Positions 1-11,930 of a DNA stretch of 64,000 nucleotides are shown here, piece by piece; the first letter of the stretch is position 1; every line of letters begins with the position of its first letter. The position numbers and the translations under genes were made by a program. The stretch lies in NCBI GenBank assembly GCA_030390025.1, contig CM059431.1, positions 150,352,001 to 150,416,000 on the forward strand. The letters are read 5' to 3'. The notes below the pieces were generated by a model that saw only the letters and a list, made by a program, of their open reading frames with translations, ran no database searches and had not been told where the DNA came from. Origin of the DNA: Squalus acanthias (taxonomy: Eukaryota).

Positions 1-2330
1 GGGAGGGGGTGTATATTGGGCCGGAGAGAGGGGGTGTGTCCTGGGCCCGAGAGAGGGGGTGTGTCCTGGGGTGTAGGGAGGGGGTGTGTATTGGGCCGTA
101 GGGAGGGGGTGTGTCTTGGGCCGTAGGGAGGGGGTGTGTATTGGGCCGTAGGGAGGGGGTGTGTATTGGGCCGGAGAGAGGGGGTGTGTATTGGGCCGGA
201 GGGAGGGGGTGTGTCCTGGGCCGGAGGGAGGGGGGGTGTCCTGGGCCGGAGAGGGTGTGTGTCCTGGGCCGGAGAGAGGGGGTGTGTCCTGGGCCGGAGA
301 GAGGGGGTGTGTCCTGGGCCGGAGAGAGGGGGGTGTGTCCTGGGCCGTAGGGAGGGGTGTATATTGGGCCGTAGGGAGGGGGTGTGTCCTGGGCCGTAGG
401 GAGGGGGTGTGTCCTGGGCTGGAAAGAGGGGGTGTGTATTGGGCCGGAGGGAGGGGGTGTGTATCCTGGGCCGGAGAGAGGGGGTGTGTGTCCTGGGCCG
501 GAGAGAGGGTGTGTGTCCTGAGCCGGAGAGAGGGGGTGTGTCCTGGGCCGGAGAGAGGGGGTGTGTGTCCTGGGCCGGAGAGAGGGGGTGTGTCCTGGGC
601 CGGAGAGAGGGGGTGTGTGTCCTGGGCCGGAGAGAGGGGGTGTGTCCTGGGCCGGAGAGAGGGGGTGTGTGTCCTGGGCCGGAGAGAGAGGGTGTGTCCT
701 GGGCCGGAGAGAGTGGGTGTGTGTCCTGGGCCGGAGAGAGGGGGTGTGTGTCCTGGGCCGGGGAGAGGGGGTGTGTGTCCTGGGCCGGGGAGAGGGGGTG
801 TGTGTCCTGGGCCGGAGAGAGGGGGTGTGTCCTGGGCCAGAGAGAGGGGGTGTGTCCTGGGCCGGAGAGAGGGGGTGTGTCCTGGGCCGGAGAGAGGGGG
901 TGTGTATTGGGCCGTAGGGAGGGGGTGTGTATTGGGCCGTAGGGCGGGGGTGTATTGGGCCGGAAAGAGGGGGTGTGTCCTGGGGTGTAGGGAGGGGGTG
1001 TGTCCTGGGGTGTAGGGAGGGGGTGTGTATTGGTTCGTAGGGAGGGGGTGTGTATTGGTTCGTAGGGAGGGGGTGTGTCCTGGGCCGGAGGGAGGGGGTG
1101 TGTCCTGGGCCGGAGGGAGGGGGTGTGTCCTGGGCCGGAGAGAGGGGGTGTGTATTGGGCCGGAGAGAGGGGGGGTGTCCTGGGCCGGAGAGAGGGGGTG
1201 TGTCCTGGGCCGGAGAGAGGGGGTGTGTGTCCTGGGCCGGAGAGAGGGGGTGTGTATTGGGCCGGAGAGAGGGGGTGTGTCCTGGGCCGGAGAGAGGGGG
1301 TGTGTGTCCTGGGCCGGAGAGAGGGGGTGTGTGTCCTGGGCCGGAGAGAGGGGGTGTGTGTCCTGGGCCGGAGAGAGGGGGTGTCCGTCCTGGGCCGGAG
1401 AGAGGGTGTGTGTGTCCTGGGCCGGAGAGAGGGGGTGTGTGTCCTGGGCCGGAGAGAGGGGATGTCAGTGTGTCTGCCCTGGGCCGGAGAGAGTGTGTGT
1501 GTCCTGGGCGAGAGTGCGTGTGTCCTGGGCCTCGGAGAGAGTGTGTGTGGATTGGGCCAGTGAGTGTGTGTGGATTGGGCCAGAGAGAGAGAGTGTGTCC
1601 TGGGCCTCGGAGAGAAGTGTGTCCTGGGTCAGAGAGAGAGAGAGAGAGAGTGTGTGTATGTCCTGGGCCAGAGAGAGAGAGAGAGAGAGTGTGTGTCCTG
1701 GGCCTCGGAGAGAAGTGTGTCCTGGGTCAGAGAGAGAGAGAGAGTGTGTGTATGTCCTGGGCCAGAGAGAGAGAGAGAGTGTGTGTCCTGGGCCAGAGAG
1801 AGGGAGAGAGAGAGAGATAGTGTGTCCTGGGCCAGAGAGAGAGAGAGAGAGTGTGTGTGTCCTGGGCCAGAGAGAGAGAGTGTGTATTGGGCCTGAGAGA
1901 GAGAGAGTGTGTGTGTATTGGGCCTGAGAGAGAGAGAGTGTGTGTATGTCCTGGGCCAGAGAGAGGGAGAGAGAGAGAGATAGTGTGTCCTGGGCCAGAG
2001 AGAGAGAGAGAGAGAGTGTGTATTGGGCCAGAGAGAGAGAGAGAGAGAGAGTGTGTATTGGGCCTGAGAGAGAGAGAGTGTGTGTCCTGGGCCTGAGAGA
2101 GAGAGTGTGTGTGTCCTTGGCGAGAGAGAGAGAGAGAGAGAGAGTGTGTGTGTGTGTCCTGGGCCGGAGAGAGAGAGAGTGTGTGGGCCTGGGCCGAGAG
2201 AGAGAGAGAGAGTGTGTCCTGGGCCTGAGAGAGTGGGCCTGGGCCAGAGAGAGAGAGAGAGTGTGTGTGTCCTGGGCCTGAGAGAGTGTGTCCTGGGCCA
2301 GAGAGAGAGTGTGTGTGTGTGTCCTGGGCC
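1..2330. repeat. Minisatellite with GTGTCCTGGGCC core and variable G/GA/GT spacers (about 25-35 bp units)
   Basis: Tandem units such as gtgtcctgggccggagagaggggg. Spacers change from G-runs to (GA)n/(GT)n after about 1470. Confidence 0.95.
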
Positions 2331-4105
2331 TCACTCTATAGCTCTTGCATATCTCTGCGATTTCACTACAGATTTGCTCCTCTACCTCCCTCTCACTATT
2401 TGGAGGCCTGTAGAATGCCCCCAATAGTGTGATCATACTCCTTTTGCTCCTCAACTCGAACCAAATGGATTCTGTCCTTGTCCCCTCAAGAACATCCTCC
2501 CTTTCCAACACTACAATGTCTTCCTTAATCAGCACTGCCACCCCACCTCCCTTTTTTCCTTCCCTATCTTTTCTGAGCATCTTGTACCCTTGAATATTAA
2601 GTGCCCAGTCCTCACCATTTTTAAGCCAGGTTTCCGATATTGCCACACAGCTAATTGTGCTTGTAGCTCACCAACCTTATTCGCCAAACTTTGTGCGTTT
2701 GTGTACATGCATTCTAAACCCATTTTTGAATATTTCGTAGTCTTTCTTAGTCTGCTCCTATCTAATATGGTACTACTATCACCTCTAGTACTATTTTCTT
2801 CTCTATTACTATCCAACACACTCTTTTATGCACCTTATTCCTCTTTTCTACTCCTATATGCTGGTGCCCATCCCCCTGCCAAGTTAGTTTAAACCCTCCC
2901 CAACAGCACTAGCAAACCTCCCCACGAGAATATTGGTCCCGGCTCTGTTGAGGTGTCACCTGTCCGGCTTGTACAGGTCCCACCTTCCCCAGAAACGGTC
3001 CCAATGCCCCAGGAATCAGAAACCCTCCCTCCTGCACCATCTCTCCAGCCACGCATTCATCTGCTCTATCCTCCTATTCCTGTACTCACTAGCACGTGGC
3101 ACCGGGAGTAATCCGGAGATTACTACCTTTGAGGTCTTGCTTTTTAATCTCTTTCCTATCTCCCTATAGTCTGCCTGCGTCAGGACCTCCTCCCTCTTTC
3201 TGCCTTTGTTATTGGTACAGATATGGACAAAGACCTCTGGCTGTTCGCCCTCCCACCCCCCCCCCCCCCTCAGGGTGTCCTGCAGCCGCTCAGTGACATC
3301 CTTGACCCTGGCACCAGGGAGGCAACATACCATCCTGGAGTCACATCTGCGTCCACAGAAACGCCTGTCTGTTCCCCTAACCAATGAATCCCCTAACCAA
3401 TGAATCCCCTATCACTATTGCTCTTCCACTCTTCTTCCTCCCCCTTGTGCATCTGAGCCACCCGTGGTGCCTTGGCTCTGGCTGCTCTCCCCAGAGGAGC
3501 CATCACCACCCAGCAGTTTCCAGAACTGTGAACCGGTTAGCGAGCGAGATGCCCTCTGGGGATTCCTGCCCTACCTGCCTGGCCCTCCTCCTCTGTCTGG
3601 CGGTCATCCATTCCCTCTCTGCCTGCACATTCTGAGGCTGCGGGGTGACCGTTTCTAGAAACGTGCTTTCCAAGTATTTCTCAGCCTCGCGGATGCACTG
3701 TAGTGACTCCAGCTGCTGCTCAGGCTCCGAAACCCGCAGCTCGAGTTGCTGCAGTCGGCGACACTTCCTGCTCATGTGGTCGTCCAGACCGCAAGAAGCG
3801 TCCAGGATTTCCCACATGTCACAGGATGTGCAAATCACGGGACGGAGCTGCCCTGCCATACCGTAATTTAGCAGAAATAAACTTAAAACTTAACGAGAAA
3901 CACTCAACAGCTACCCACCAATCAGCACGTCCCTCTATTCGATAGGCTATGATCTACTTCGCAGAAATATACTCAGAACAAAAAAAACTTACCACAAATA
4001 CTCACCTCTCCGCTCCCTTGTGCAGGCGACACCTTTGAATTCTGACGTTGCTCCTTCGTTGTGTCGCTTGCCGACTGTCTCCCTCGCAGGTAGTCCGCTC
4101 ACTCT
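2331..4105 (-). mobile_element. CR1 LINE 5' portion: 5'UTR, ORF1 (Cys-rich/coiled-coil plus SGNH esterase) and start of ORF2 AP-endonuclease; disrupted
   Basis: ORF 3503-3859 (CTSC...KCRRLQQLELRV); GDSL motif and VRGTDRRFCG...VCCLPGARV...VVISGLLPVP esterase; ORF2 YTNAQSL, AISETWL, GGGVAVLIK and FYRPPN endonuclease motifs; frameshifts present. Confidence 0.9.
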
Positions 4106-4247
4106 GAGAGTGTGACCTGGGCCGGAGAGAGAGAGTGTGTGTGTCCTGGGCCAGAGAGAGAGAGAGAGTGTGTGTGTGTCCTGGGCCGGAGAGAGGGAGA
4201 GAGAGTGTGTGTCTGTGTGTCTGTGTGTCTGTGTCTGTGTCTCCTGG

Positions 4248-4286
<39 letters not shown>

Positions 4287-4590
4287 GTGCCAGAGAGAGA
4301 GTGTGTGTGTGTCCTGGGCCAGAGAGAGAGAGAGAGAGCTGTGCCAGAGAGAGAGTGTGTGTGTGTCCTGGGAGAGAGAGAGTGTGTGTGTGTCCTGGGA
4401 GAGAGAGAGTGTGTCCTGGGCCAGAGAGAGAGACAGTGTGTGTGTGTGTGTCCTGGGCTAGAGAGAGAGTGTGTGTGTGTGTCCTGGGCTCGAGAGAGAG
4501 AGAGAGAGAGAGAGTGTGTGAGTCCTGGGCCAGAGAGAGAGAGTGAGTGTGTGTGTGTCCTGTGCCAGAGAGAGAGTGAGTGTGTCCTGG
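4106..4590. repeat. Continuation of the GTCCTGGGCC/(GA)n/(GT)n minisatellite
   Basis: Same core motif as 1-2330, resuming after the CR1 insert. Confidence 0.9.
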
Positions 4591-4914
4591 AGACCGAGGA
4601 CTGGGGCCGAGTACCGGGCGAGGTGGAAGACCGGGGAGGGATGTCGGATGTGGGCTCTGAGGTACCACAGGGATGCGCGAGGGCAAGTCCAGTGGGGAGG
4701 TGGCGGTACCTGGGGGAGAGCAAGCCGGGATTAACGGGCCGAGCACAGAGCTGCGAGCGGGTGTAGGGTGAGCCTGCTGAGCCTCGGCCTTGCGAGCGGG
4801 TTGTACAGATACTCCAGGCAGAGACTGGAGTGAGAGATCTGACTGGGGAACATTAAGCGGGTGTCTGTCTGTGGGACCTGGAGCAGAACCTTCGGACAGC
4901 CTGTCCTGCTGTAT

Positions 4915-5112
4915 AATGGTGTCCCTGCTTTCAGCAGTCCAGACCCCAAGCTCTGGAATCCCCTCCCTAAACCCCTCTCCCACCTTTTAACAAGCTCCTT
5001 AAAACCTAACTCTGACCAAGCCTTTGGTCACCTGTCCTTGTGTAGCTCGGTGTCTGACTACACGTCTGTTAAGCCCCTTGGGATGTTAAAGGTGCTATAT
5101 GAATGCAAGAGA
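4915..5112 (+). mobile_element. L2 LINE 3' tail fragment
   Basis: aagctctggaatcccctccctaaacc...tgaccaagcctttggtcacctgtcc...ggtgctatatgaatgcaag, the same tail as the L2 at 46091-46807. Confidence 0.7.
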
Positions 5113-5244
5113 TTGTGGGGGAGCGCGTGTGCAGTGTGCAGTATCATTTGCCTTCACTCTCCTTGTATTTGTGACTTGTGTCCCACAAGTCTGACTTGTC
5201 TCGATGGTTTTGACTGGCTGCGATACACAGTTGCGTGAAGAACT

Positions 5245-6130
5245 TTTTTTTTTATTCGCTTATGGGATGTGGCCGTCGCTGGCAAGGCCAGCATTTATTG
5301 CCCATCGATAATTGCCCTTGAGAAGGTGGTGGTGAGCCGCTGCCTTGAACCGCTGCAGTCCGTGTGGTGAAGGTACTCCCACAGTGCTGTTAGGGAGGGA
5401 GTTCCAGGATTTTGACCCAGCGACGATGAAGGATCAGCCGATATACTTAAGTCAGGATGGTGTGTGACTTGGAGGGGAACTTCGAGGTAGTGGTGTTCCC
5501 ATTCGCCTGCTGCCCTTGTCCTTCTAGGTGGAAGAGGTTGTGGGTTTGGGAGGTGCTGCCGAAGATGCCTTGGCGAGTTGCTGCAGTGCATCTTGTAGAT
5601 GGTACACACTGCAGCCACGGTACGCCGGTGGTGGAGGGAGTGAATGTATAAGGTGGTGGATGGGGTGCCAATCAAGTGGGCTGCTTTGTCCTGGACGGTG
5701 TCGAGCTTCTTGAGTGTTGTTGGAGCTTCACTCATCCAGGCAAGTGGAGAGTATTCCATCACACTCCTCACTTGTGCCTTGTAGATGGTGGAAAGGCTTT
5801 GGGGAGTCAGGAGGTGAGACACTCACCGCAGAATACCCAGCCTCTGACCTGCCCTTGTTGCCACAGTATTGATGTGGCTGGTCCAGTTAAGTTTCTGGTC
5901 AATGGTGACCCCCAGGATGTTGATGATGGGGGAATTCGGCGATGGTAATGCTGTTGAATGTCAAGGGGAGGTGGTTAGACTCTCGCTTGTTGGAGATGGT
6001 CATTGCCTGGCACTTCTGTGGCGCGAATGTTACCTGCCACTTATCAGCCCAAGCCTGAACGTCGTCCAGGTCTTGTTGCATGCGGGCATGGACTGCTTCA
6101 TTATCTGAGGAGTTGCGAATGGCGCTGAAC
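5245..6130 (-). mobile_element. 3' end of a non-LTR retrotransposon (CR1/L2-group), with poly(A)-like tail
   Basis: ORF fragments LQQDLDDVQAWADKWQVTFAPQKCQAM and IYKAQVRSVMEYSPLAW...SLHHRRTVAAVCTIYKMH; AATAAA and A-tail at the 5245 end. Confidence 0.85.
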
Positions 6131-6330
6131 TTTCATTTGTATAGCGCCTTTCAGGACCTCAGGATGTCCCAAAGCACTTTACAGCCAGTGAAGTACTTTT
6201 GAAGTGTAGTCACTGTTGTGCTAATATAGAAAACGCAGCAGTCAATTTGCGCACAGCAAGCTCCCACAAACAGCAATGTGCTAATGACCAGAGAATCTGT
6301 TTTAATGCTGCCGATTGATTGAAGGATGTA
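6131..6330 (-). mobile_element. Deu-domain SINE 3' fragment
   Basis: Matches the SINE body seen at 45326-45905 (cacagcaagctcccacaaacagcaatg; aagtacttttgaagtgtagtcactg). Confidence 0.75.
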
Positions 6331-6850
6331 TCCAAGGAATGATATACTTGCCTTGGAGGCGGTGCAACGAAGGTTCACTGGGTCGATTCCTGGGCTGAAA
6401 GAGTTGTCCTATGAGGAGGTCGAGTAGAATGGGCCTATAATCTCTGGCATTTAGCCGAATGTGAGGTGATCTCATTGAAACATATAGGGTTCTGAGGGAG
6501 ATTCTGAGGTTAGATGCTGGGAGGTTGTTTCCCCTGGTTGGAGAGTCTAGAACTAGGCGGCATAGTCTCAGGATAAAGGGGTCGACCATTTAGGACTGAG
6601 ATGAGGAGAACATTTTTCACTGAGGGTTGTGAATCTTTGGAGTTCTCTACCCCAGAGGGCTGTGGATGCTCAGTCGTTGAGTATATTCAAGACAGAGATC
6701 GATAGATTATTTTGGATTCTTACGGGGATCAAGGGACATGGGGATAGGGCGGGAAAGTGGAGTTGACTTCGAAGATCAGCCATGATCTTGAATGGCGGAG
6801 CAGGCTCGAGGGGCCGTCTGGCCTATTCCTGTTCCTAATTCTTGTTATGC
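6331..6850 (+). mobile_element. CR1 LINE 3' end
   Basis: Degenerate ORF2 C-terminus and terminal ggagcagg...cctgttcc hairpin. Confidence 0.8.
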
Positions 6851-7720
6851 TTTACAGCCAATTAAGTACTTTTGAAGTGCAGTCACTGGTGTAATGTAGG
6901 GCAATGTGGCAGCCAATTTCTGCGCAGCAAGCTCCCACAAACAGCAATGTTAATGACCAGATTATCTGTTTTTAGTGATGTTGATTGAGTGTTCAATATT
7001 AACCCAAGGACACCGGGGAGAACTCCCCTGTTCAGCGCATCCTCAGTACTGTTCCCCCGACAGTGCGGCGCTCCCTTAGTACTGCCCCTCCGACAGAGCA
7101 GCACTCCCTCAGTACGGCCCCTCCGACAGAGCAGCAGTCGCTCAGTACGGCCCCTCCGACAGAGCAGCAGTCCCTCAGTACTGCTCCTCCGACAGAGCAG
7201 CGCTCCCTCAGTACTGCTCCTCCGACAGAGCAGCGCTCCCTCAGTACTGCTCCTCCGACAGTGCAGCGCTCCCTCAGTACTGCCCCTCCGACAGTGCAGC
7301 GCTCCCTCAGTACTGCCCCTACGACAGTGCGGCGCGCCCTCAGCCCTGCCCCTCCGACAGAGCAGCGCTCCCTCAGTACGGCCCCTCCGACAGAGCAGCG
7401 CTCCCTCAGTACGGCCCCTCTGACAGAGCAGCACTCCCTCAGTACGGCCCCTCGGAATGTGCAGCACTCCCTCAGTACGGCCCCTCCGACAGTGCAGCGC
7501 TCCCTCAGTACGGCCCCTCCGACAGAGCAGCACTCCCTCAGTACGGCCCCTCCGACAGTGCAGCGCTCCCTCAGTACTGTTCCCCCGACAGTGCAGCAGT
7601 CCCTCAGTACTGCCCCTCCGACAGTGCAGCGCTCCCTCAGTACTGTCCCTCCGACAGTGCAGCGCTCCCTCGGTAACGCCCCCTCAGAGAGTGCAGCGCT
7701 CCCTCGGTACTGCCCCTCCA
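6851..7720 (-). repeat. Deu-domain SINE fragment with an internal 33-bp minisatellite (about 21 units, about 7035-7720)
   Basis: Unit ccctccgacagtgcagcgctccctcagtactgc; the flanking sequence is SINE body. Confidence 0.9.
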
Positions 7721-7734
7721 ACTTTCATCCCGGC

Positions 7735-9300
7735 AACAACCACTTTCATTTGTATCGCGCCTTTACCGTAGTGAAGTGTTCCAAGGGCGCTTCGCCTGAG
7801 CGCCCGTCGATCAAAAATTGAGGCGCGATTAGCACAGGTGACCGAAAGCTGTCTCGAAGAGAGGTAGGTTTTAAAGAGCGTCTTCGCGTATAGTTCTGGT
7901 CGCCACATCACAGGAAAGATGTGATTGCACCAGAGAGGGTGCAGAGGAGATTGGCGAGGATGTGGCCAGGACTGAAGAATTTTAGCTATGAGGAAAGATT
8001 GTATCGGCTGGGGTTGTTTTCTTTGGAGCAGAGGAGGCTGAGGGGAGACTTGATTGAGATGTAAAAAATGATGAGGGACCTAGATAGAGAGGATTTGAGT
8101 ACAGGAGCAAGTATGTGTTACTACAGTTATACAGTGCCTTGGTGTGACCACACCTGGAGTGCTGTGTGCAGTTTTTGTCTCCTTACCTAAGAAAGGATAT
8201 ACTTGCCATAGAGGGAGTGCAACAAAGGTTCACCAGATTGATTCCTGGGATGGCAGAACTGTATGAGGAGAGATTGGGTCGACTAGGCCTGTATTCACGA
8301 GTTTAGAAGAATGAGAGGGGATCTCATTGAAACGTATAAAATTCTGACAGGGCTAGACAGACTGGATGCAGGGAGGATGTTTCCCCTGGCTAGGGGGGGG
8401 GGGGGGGTCTAGAACGATAAGTCACAGTCTCAGAATACGGGGGAGGACATTTAGGACTGAGATGAGGAGAAATTTCTTCACTCAGAGGGTGGTGAACCTG
8501 TGGAATTCTCTACCACAGAAGGCTGTGGAGGCCAAGTCACTGAATATATTTAAGAAGGAGATAGATAGATTTATAGACACAAAAGGCATCAAGGGGTATG
8601 GGGAGAGAGCGGGAATATGGTATTGAGATAAAGGATCAGCCATGATCATATTGAATGGTGGAGCAGGCTCGAAGGGCCGAATGGCCTACTCCTGCTCCTA
8701 TTTTCCTATGTTTCTATAGGCAGCCCCTATTTCCCTTAGAGAGGTCAATAACCAGGGGGCATAGATTTAAAGTAATTGGTAGAATGATTACAGGGGAGTT
8801 GAGAACATTTTTTTCACCCAGAGGGAAGTGGGGGTCTGGAACTCGCTACAGTACTTGAAAGTGTGGTAGAGGCAGAAACCCTCATCACATTTAAATAGTA
8901 CCTGGACATGCACTTGAAGTGCCGTAAATCTAAAGGGATATGGGGAGAAGGCAGTGACGGTACTGAGTTTGGATGATCAGCCATGATCTCATTAAATGGC
9001 GGAACAGGCTCGAGGGGCCGAATGGCCTACTCCTGCTCCTATCTTCTATCTTTCTAAGGCTACGGACCGAGAGTGGGATTAGCCTGGAGAGCTCTTTTTC
9101 GGCCGGCACAGACACGATGGGCTGGATGGCCTCCTTAAACTTCCATGATTCTAAGGAAGAGGGAGAGGTTTAGGGAGGGAATTCCAGAGCTCAGGGCCGA
9201 GGCAGCTGAAGGCACGGCCGCCAATGGTGGAACGATTAAAATCAGGCGATGCTCAAGAGGCGGAGGAGCGCGGAGATCTCGGAGGCTCTTAGTGCTGGAG
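7735..9300. mobile_element. Nested cluster: L2 tail (-) split by CR1-A (+, about 7885-9155), itself split by CR1-B (about 8095-8718) and a CR1 tail (about 8929-9055)
   Basis: CR1-A text resumes after each insert (gatagagagga...cctatttccc; gaagtgccgtaa...aaggctacggacc). CR1-B encodes FRTEMRRNFFTQRVVNLWNSLP. Confidence 0.75.
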
Positions 9301-9386
9301 GTGGGTTTTATTTGACCAGCAGCCAGGAAGAGAGGCCTGTCTGCTTTCCTGGCAATCTGCGTACTGGTGGCAATGCGATCTTCAAA

Positions 9387-9850
9387 AGAACATAAGAATT
9401 AGGAGTAGGCCATACGGCCCCTCGAGCCTGCTCTGCCATTCAATAAGATCATGGCTGATCTTCGACCTCAACTCCACTTTTCCGCCCGATCTCCATATCC
9501 CTTGATTCCCCTAGAGTCCAAAAATCTATTGATCTCAGCCTTGAATATACTCAATGACTGAGCCTCTACAGCCCTCTGGGGTAGCGAATTCCAAAGATGC
9601 GCCACCCTCTGAGAAGAAATTCCTCCTCATCTCGGTCTTAAATGGCCCACCCCTTATCCTGAGACTATGCCCCCTAGATCTGGACTCTCCAGCCAGGGGA
9701 AACAGCCTCTCAGCATCTACCCTGTGAATCTCCCTCAGAATCTTTGTTTCGGTGAGATCACCTCTCGTTCTTCCAAACTCCAGAGACTTTAGGCTCAATC
9801 TCTCCTCATCGGACAGCCCTCTCAGCCCAGGGGTCAATCTAGTGAACCTG
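9387..9850 (-). mobile_element. CR1 LINE 3' end
   Basis: ORF 9535-9867 (FTRLTPGLRG...FKTEMRRNFF); terminal hairpin and ttcttatgttct tail. Confidence 0.85.
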
Positions 9851-10295
9851 AACCTTCTGTTTGCCACAGTTTCTCAGCGAGATCATTGGCGGACATTTGA
9901 GGGTGCGAACGTGGCAGTCGCCGGCCAGTAATCAAGGCCTCCAGGGCAGCTTACGTTGGGTTTGGACCCTTCCTGCCCTGTACAGCCCGGTTCCCTACCA
10001 GCCGATATCGGGGAATACGGATAACGAGGGTGCAGAGATCAGATTAGCTGTGATTTGATGGATTGAATGAACTTCAATATCGGTATGTGTGAGGTGGCAC
10101 ACTTTGGTAGGAAGAGTAAGGAGGCCACATACTCCTCGGAAAATCAGTGTCTAAATGGGGTAGAGGATCAGAGGGATCTGGGGATACAGATGCGCAAATC
10201 ACAAAGTGCCGACGCAGATTAATAAGGCCATTAAAAAAAAAAAATAGCAAACTAAGCAATGGGGTTCATTTATAGAGGGATAGATGTGCATAACC

Positions 10296-10735
10296 ATTTT
10301 TTTTATTTGTTTATGGGATGTGGGCGTCGCTGACAAGGCCAGTATTTATTGGCCATTCCTAATTACCCTCGAGAAGGTGGTGGTGAGCCGCCTTCTTGAA
10401 CCGCTGCAGTCCGTGTTGTGAAGGTACTCCCACAGTGCTGTAAGGCAGGGAGTTCCAGGATTTTGACCCAATGATGGTAAAGGTTCGGCGATGTACTTCT
10501 AAGTCGGGATGGTGTGTGACTTGAAGGTGCTGATGTTCCCATGCGCCTGCTGCCCTTGTCCTTCCAGGTGGAAGAGGTCGCGGGTTTGGGAGGTGCTGCC
10601 GAAGAAGCCTTGGCGCGTTGCTGCAGTGCATCTTGTAGATGGTTCACACTGCAGCCACGGTACGCCGGTGGTGGAGGGAGTGAATGTTTAAGGTGGTGGA
10701 TGGGGTGCCAATCAAGCGGGCTGCTTTGTCCTGGA
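10296..10735 (-). mobile_element. Second 3' fragment of the LINE family at 5245-6130
   Basis: Close similarity to 5245-5695 (ggtggtgagccgc.ttcttgaaccgctgcagtcc; MHCSNAPRLLRQHLPNP). Confidence 0.85.
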
Positions 10736-11891
10736 TTTGGAAAGTACCCTGTTCCATCCTTAATACGTCCAAAGTGGATGACCTCAGATTTGCCTACTTT
10801 TTTGAAATCCTTTTGCCACAGTTTTGCCCATTCACTCAATCTGTCGAAATCCCTTTGTAATTTTATACTTCCATCTATATTGTTTACATTTCCACCTATC
10901 TTTGTGTCATAGGCAAATTTGAATATAGATCTTTCTGTGCCATCATCTAAGTTGTTAATAAATACTGTGAATAGTTTGGGGCAAGAGTGAATAGTGATTT
11001 TCAAGATGGAGATGTTTGATCGAGTAGATAGAGAAAAACTATTCCCCCTGGCGAGTGGGTCAGTAACCAAAGGTCAAAGATTCTCAATCATTGGCAAAAG
11101 ATCTAAAGGGGAGATGAGAAGAGTTTTTTCACTCAGAAGTTGTTGGAATCTGGAACACTATAACTGAAAAGGTTTACATAGGGTTACATAGGATATATGG
11201 TACAGAAGCAGGCCATTCGTCCCAACCAGTCCATGCTGGCGTTTATGCTCCACTCGAGCCTCCTCCCGTCTTTCCTCATCTCACTCTATCAGCGTAACCC
11301 TCTATTCCCTTCTCCCTCATGCTTTTCTAGCCTCCCCTTAAATGCATCTGTACTATTCGCTTCAACCACTCCCTGTGGTAGCGAGTTCCACATTCTCAGC
11401 ACTCTCTGGGTAAAGCAGCTTCTTCTGAATTCCCTATTGGGTTTCTTGGTGACTATCTTATATTGATGGCCTCTAGTTATGCTCTTCCCCACAAGTGGCA
11501 ACTTTCTCTCTGTATCTACTCCATCAACATTTTCCATAATTTTAAGACCTCTATTCGGTCACCCCTCAGCCTTTTTTCAAGAGAAAAGAGACCCAACCTG
11601 TTCATCCTTTCCTGATATGTATACCCTCGCATTTCTGGAAGTATCCTTGTAAATCTTCTCTGCACCCTCTCCAGTGCCTCTATATCCTTTTTATAATATG
11701 GCGACCAGAACTGTACTCCAAGTGTTGTCTAACCAAGGTTCGATACAGGTTTAGCATAATTTCCCTACTTTTCAATTCTATCCCTCTTGGTTTTATTTTT
11801 TTACGATGTGGAGATGCCGGCGTTGGACTGGGGTGGACAAAAATGAGAAGTCGCACAACACCAGGTTATAGTCCAACAGATTTATTTAATT

Positions 11892-11930
11892 TTACAAGCT
11901 TTCGAAGCAGTTCGCTCCTTCGTCAGGTAA
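11892..11930 (-). ncRNA. Minimal hammerhead ribozyme motif (opposite arm)
   Basis: Exact reverse complement of 12998-13036. Confidence 0.8.

Noticed and set aside
111..2427. Overlapping ORFs in the first minisatellite
   Set aside because: Low-complexity repeat translations in all frames.
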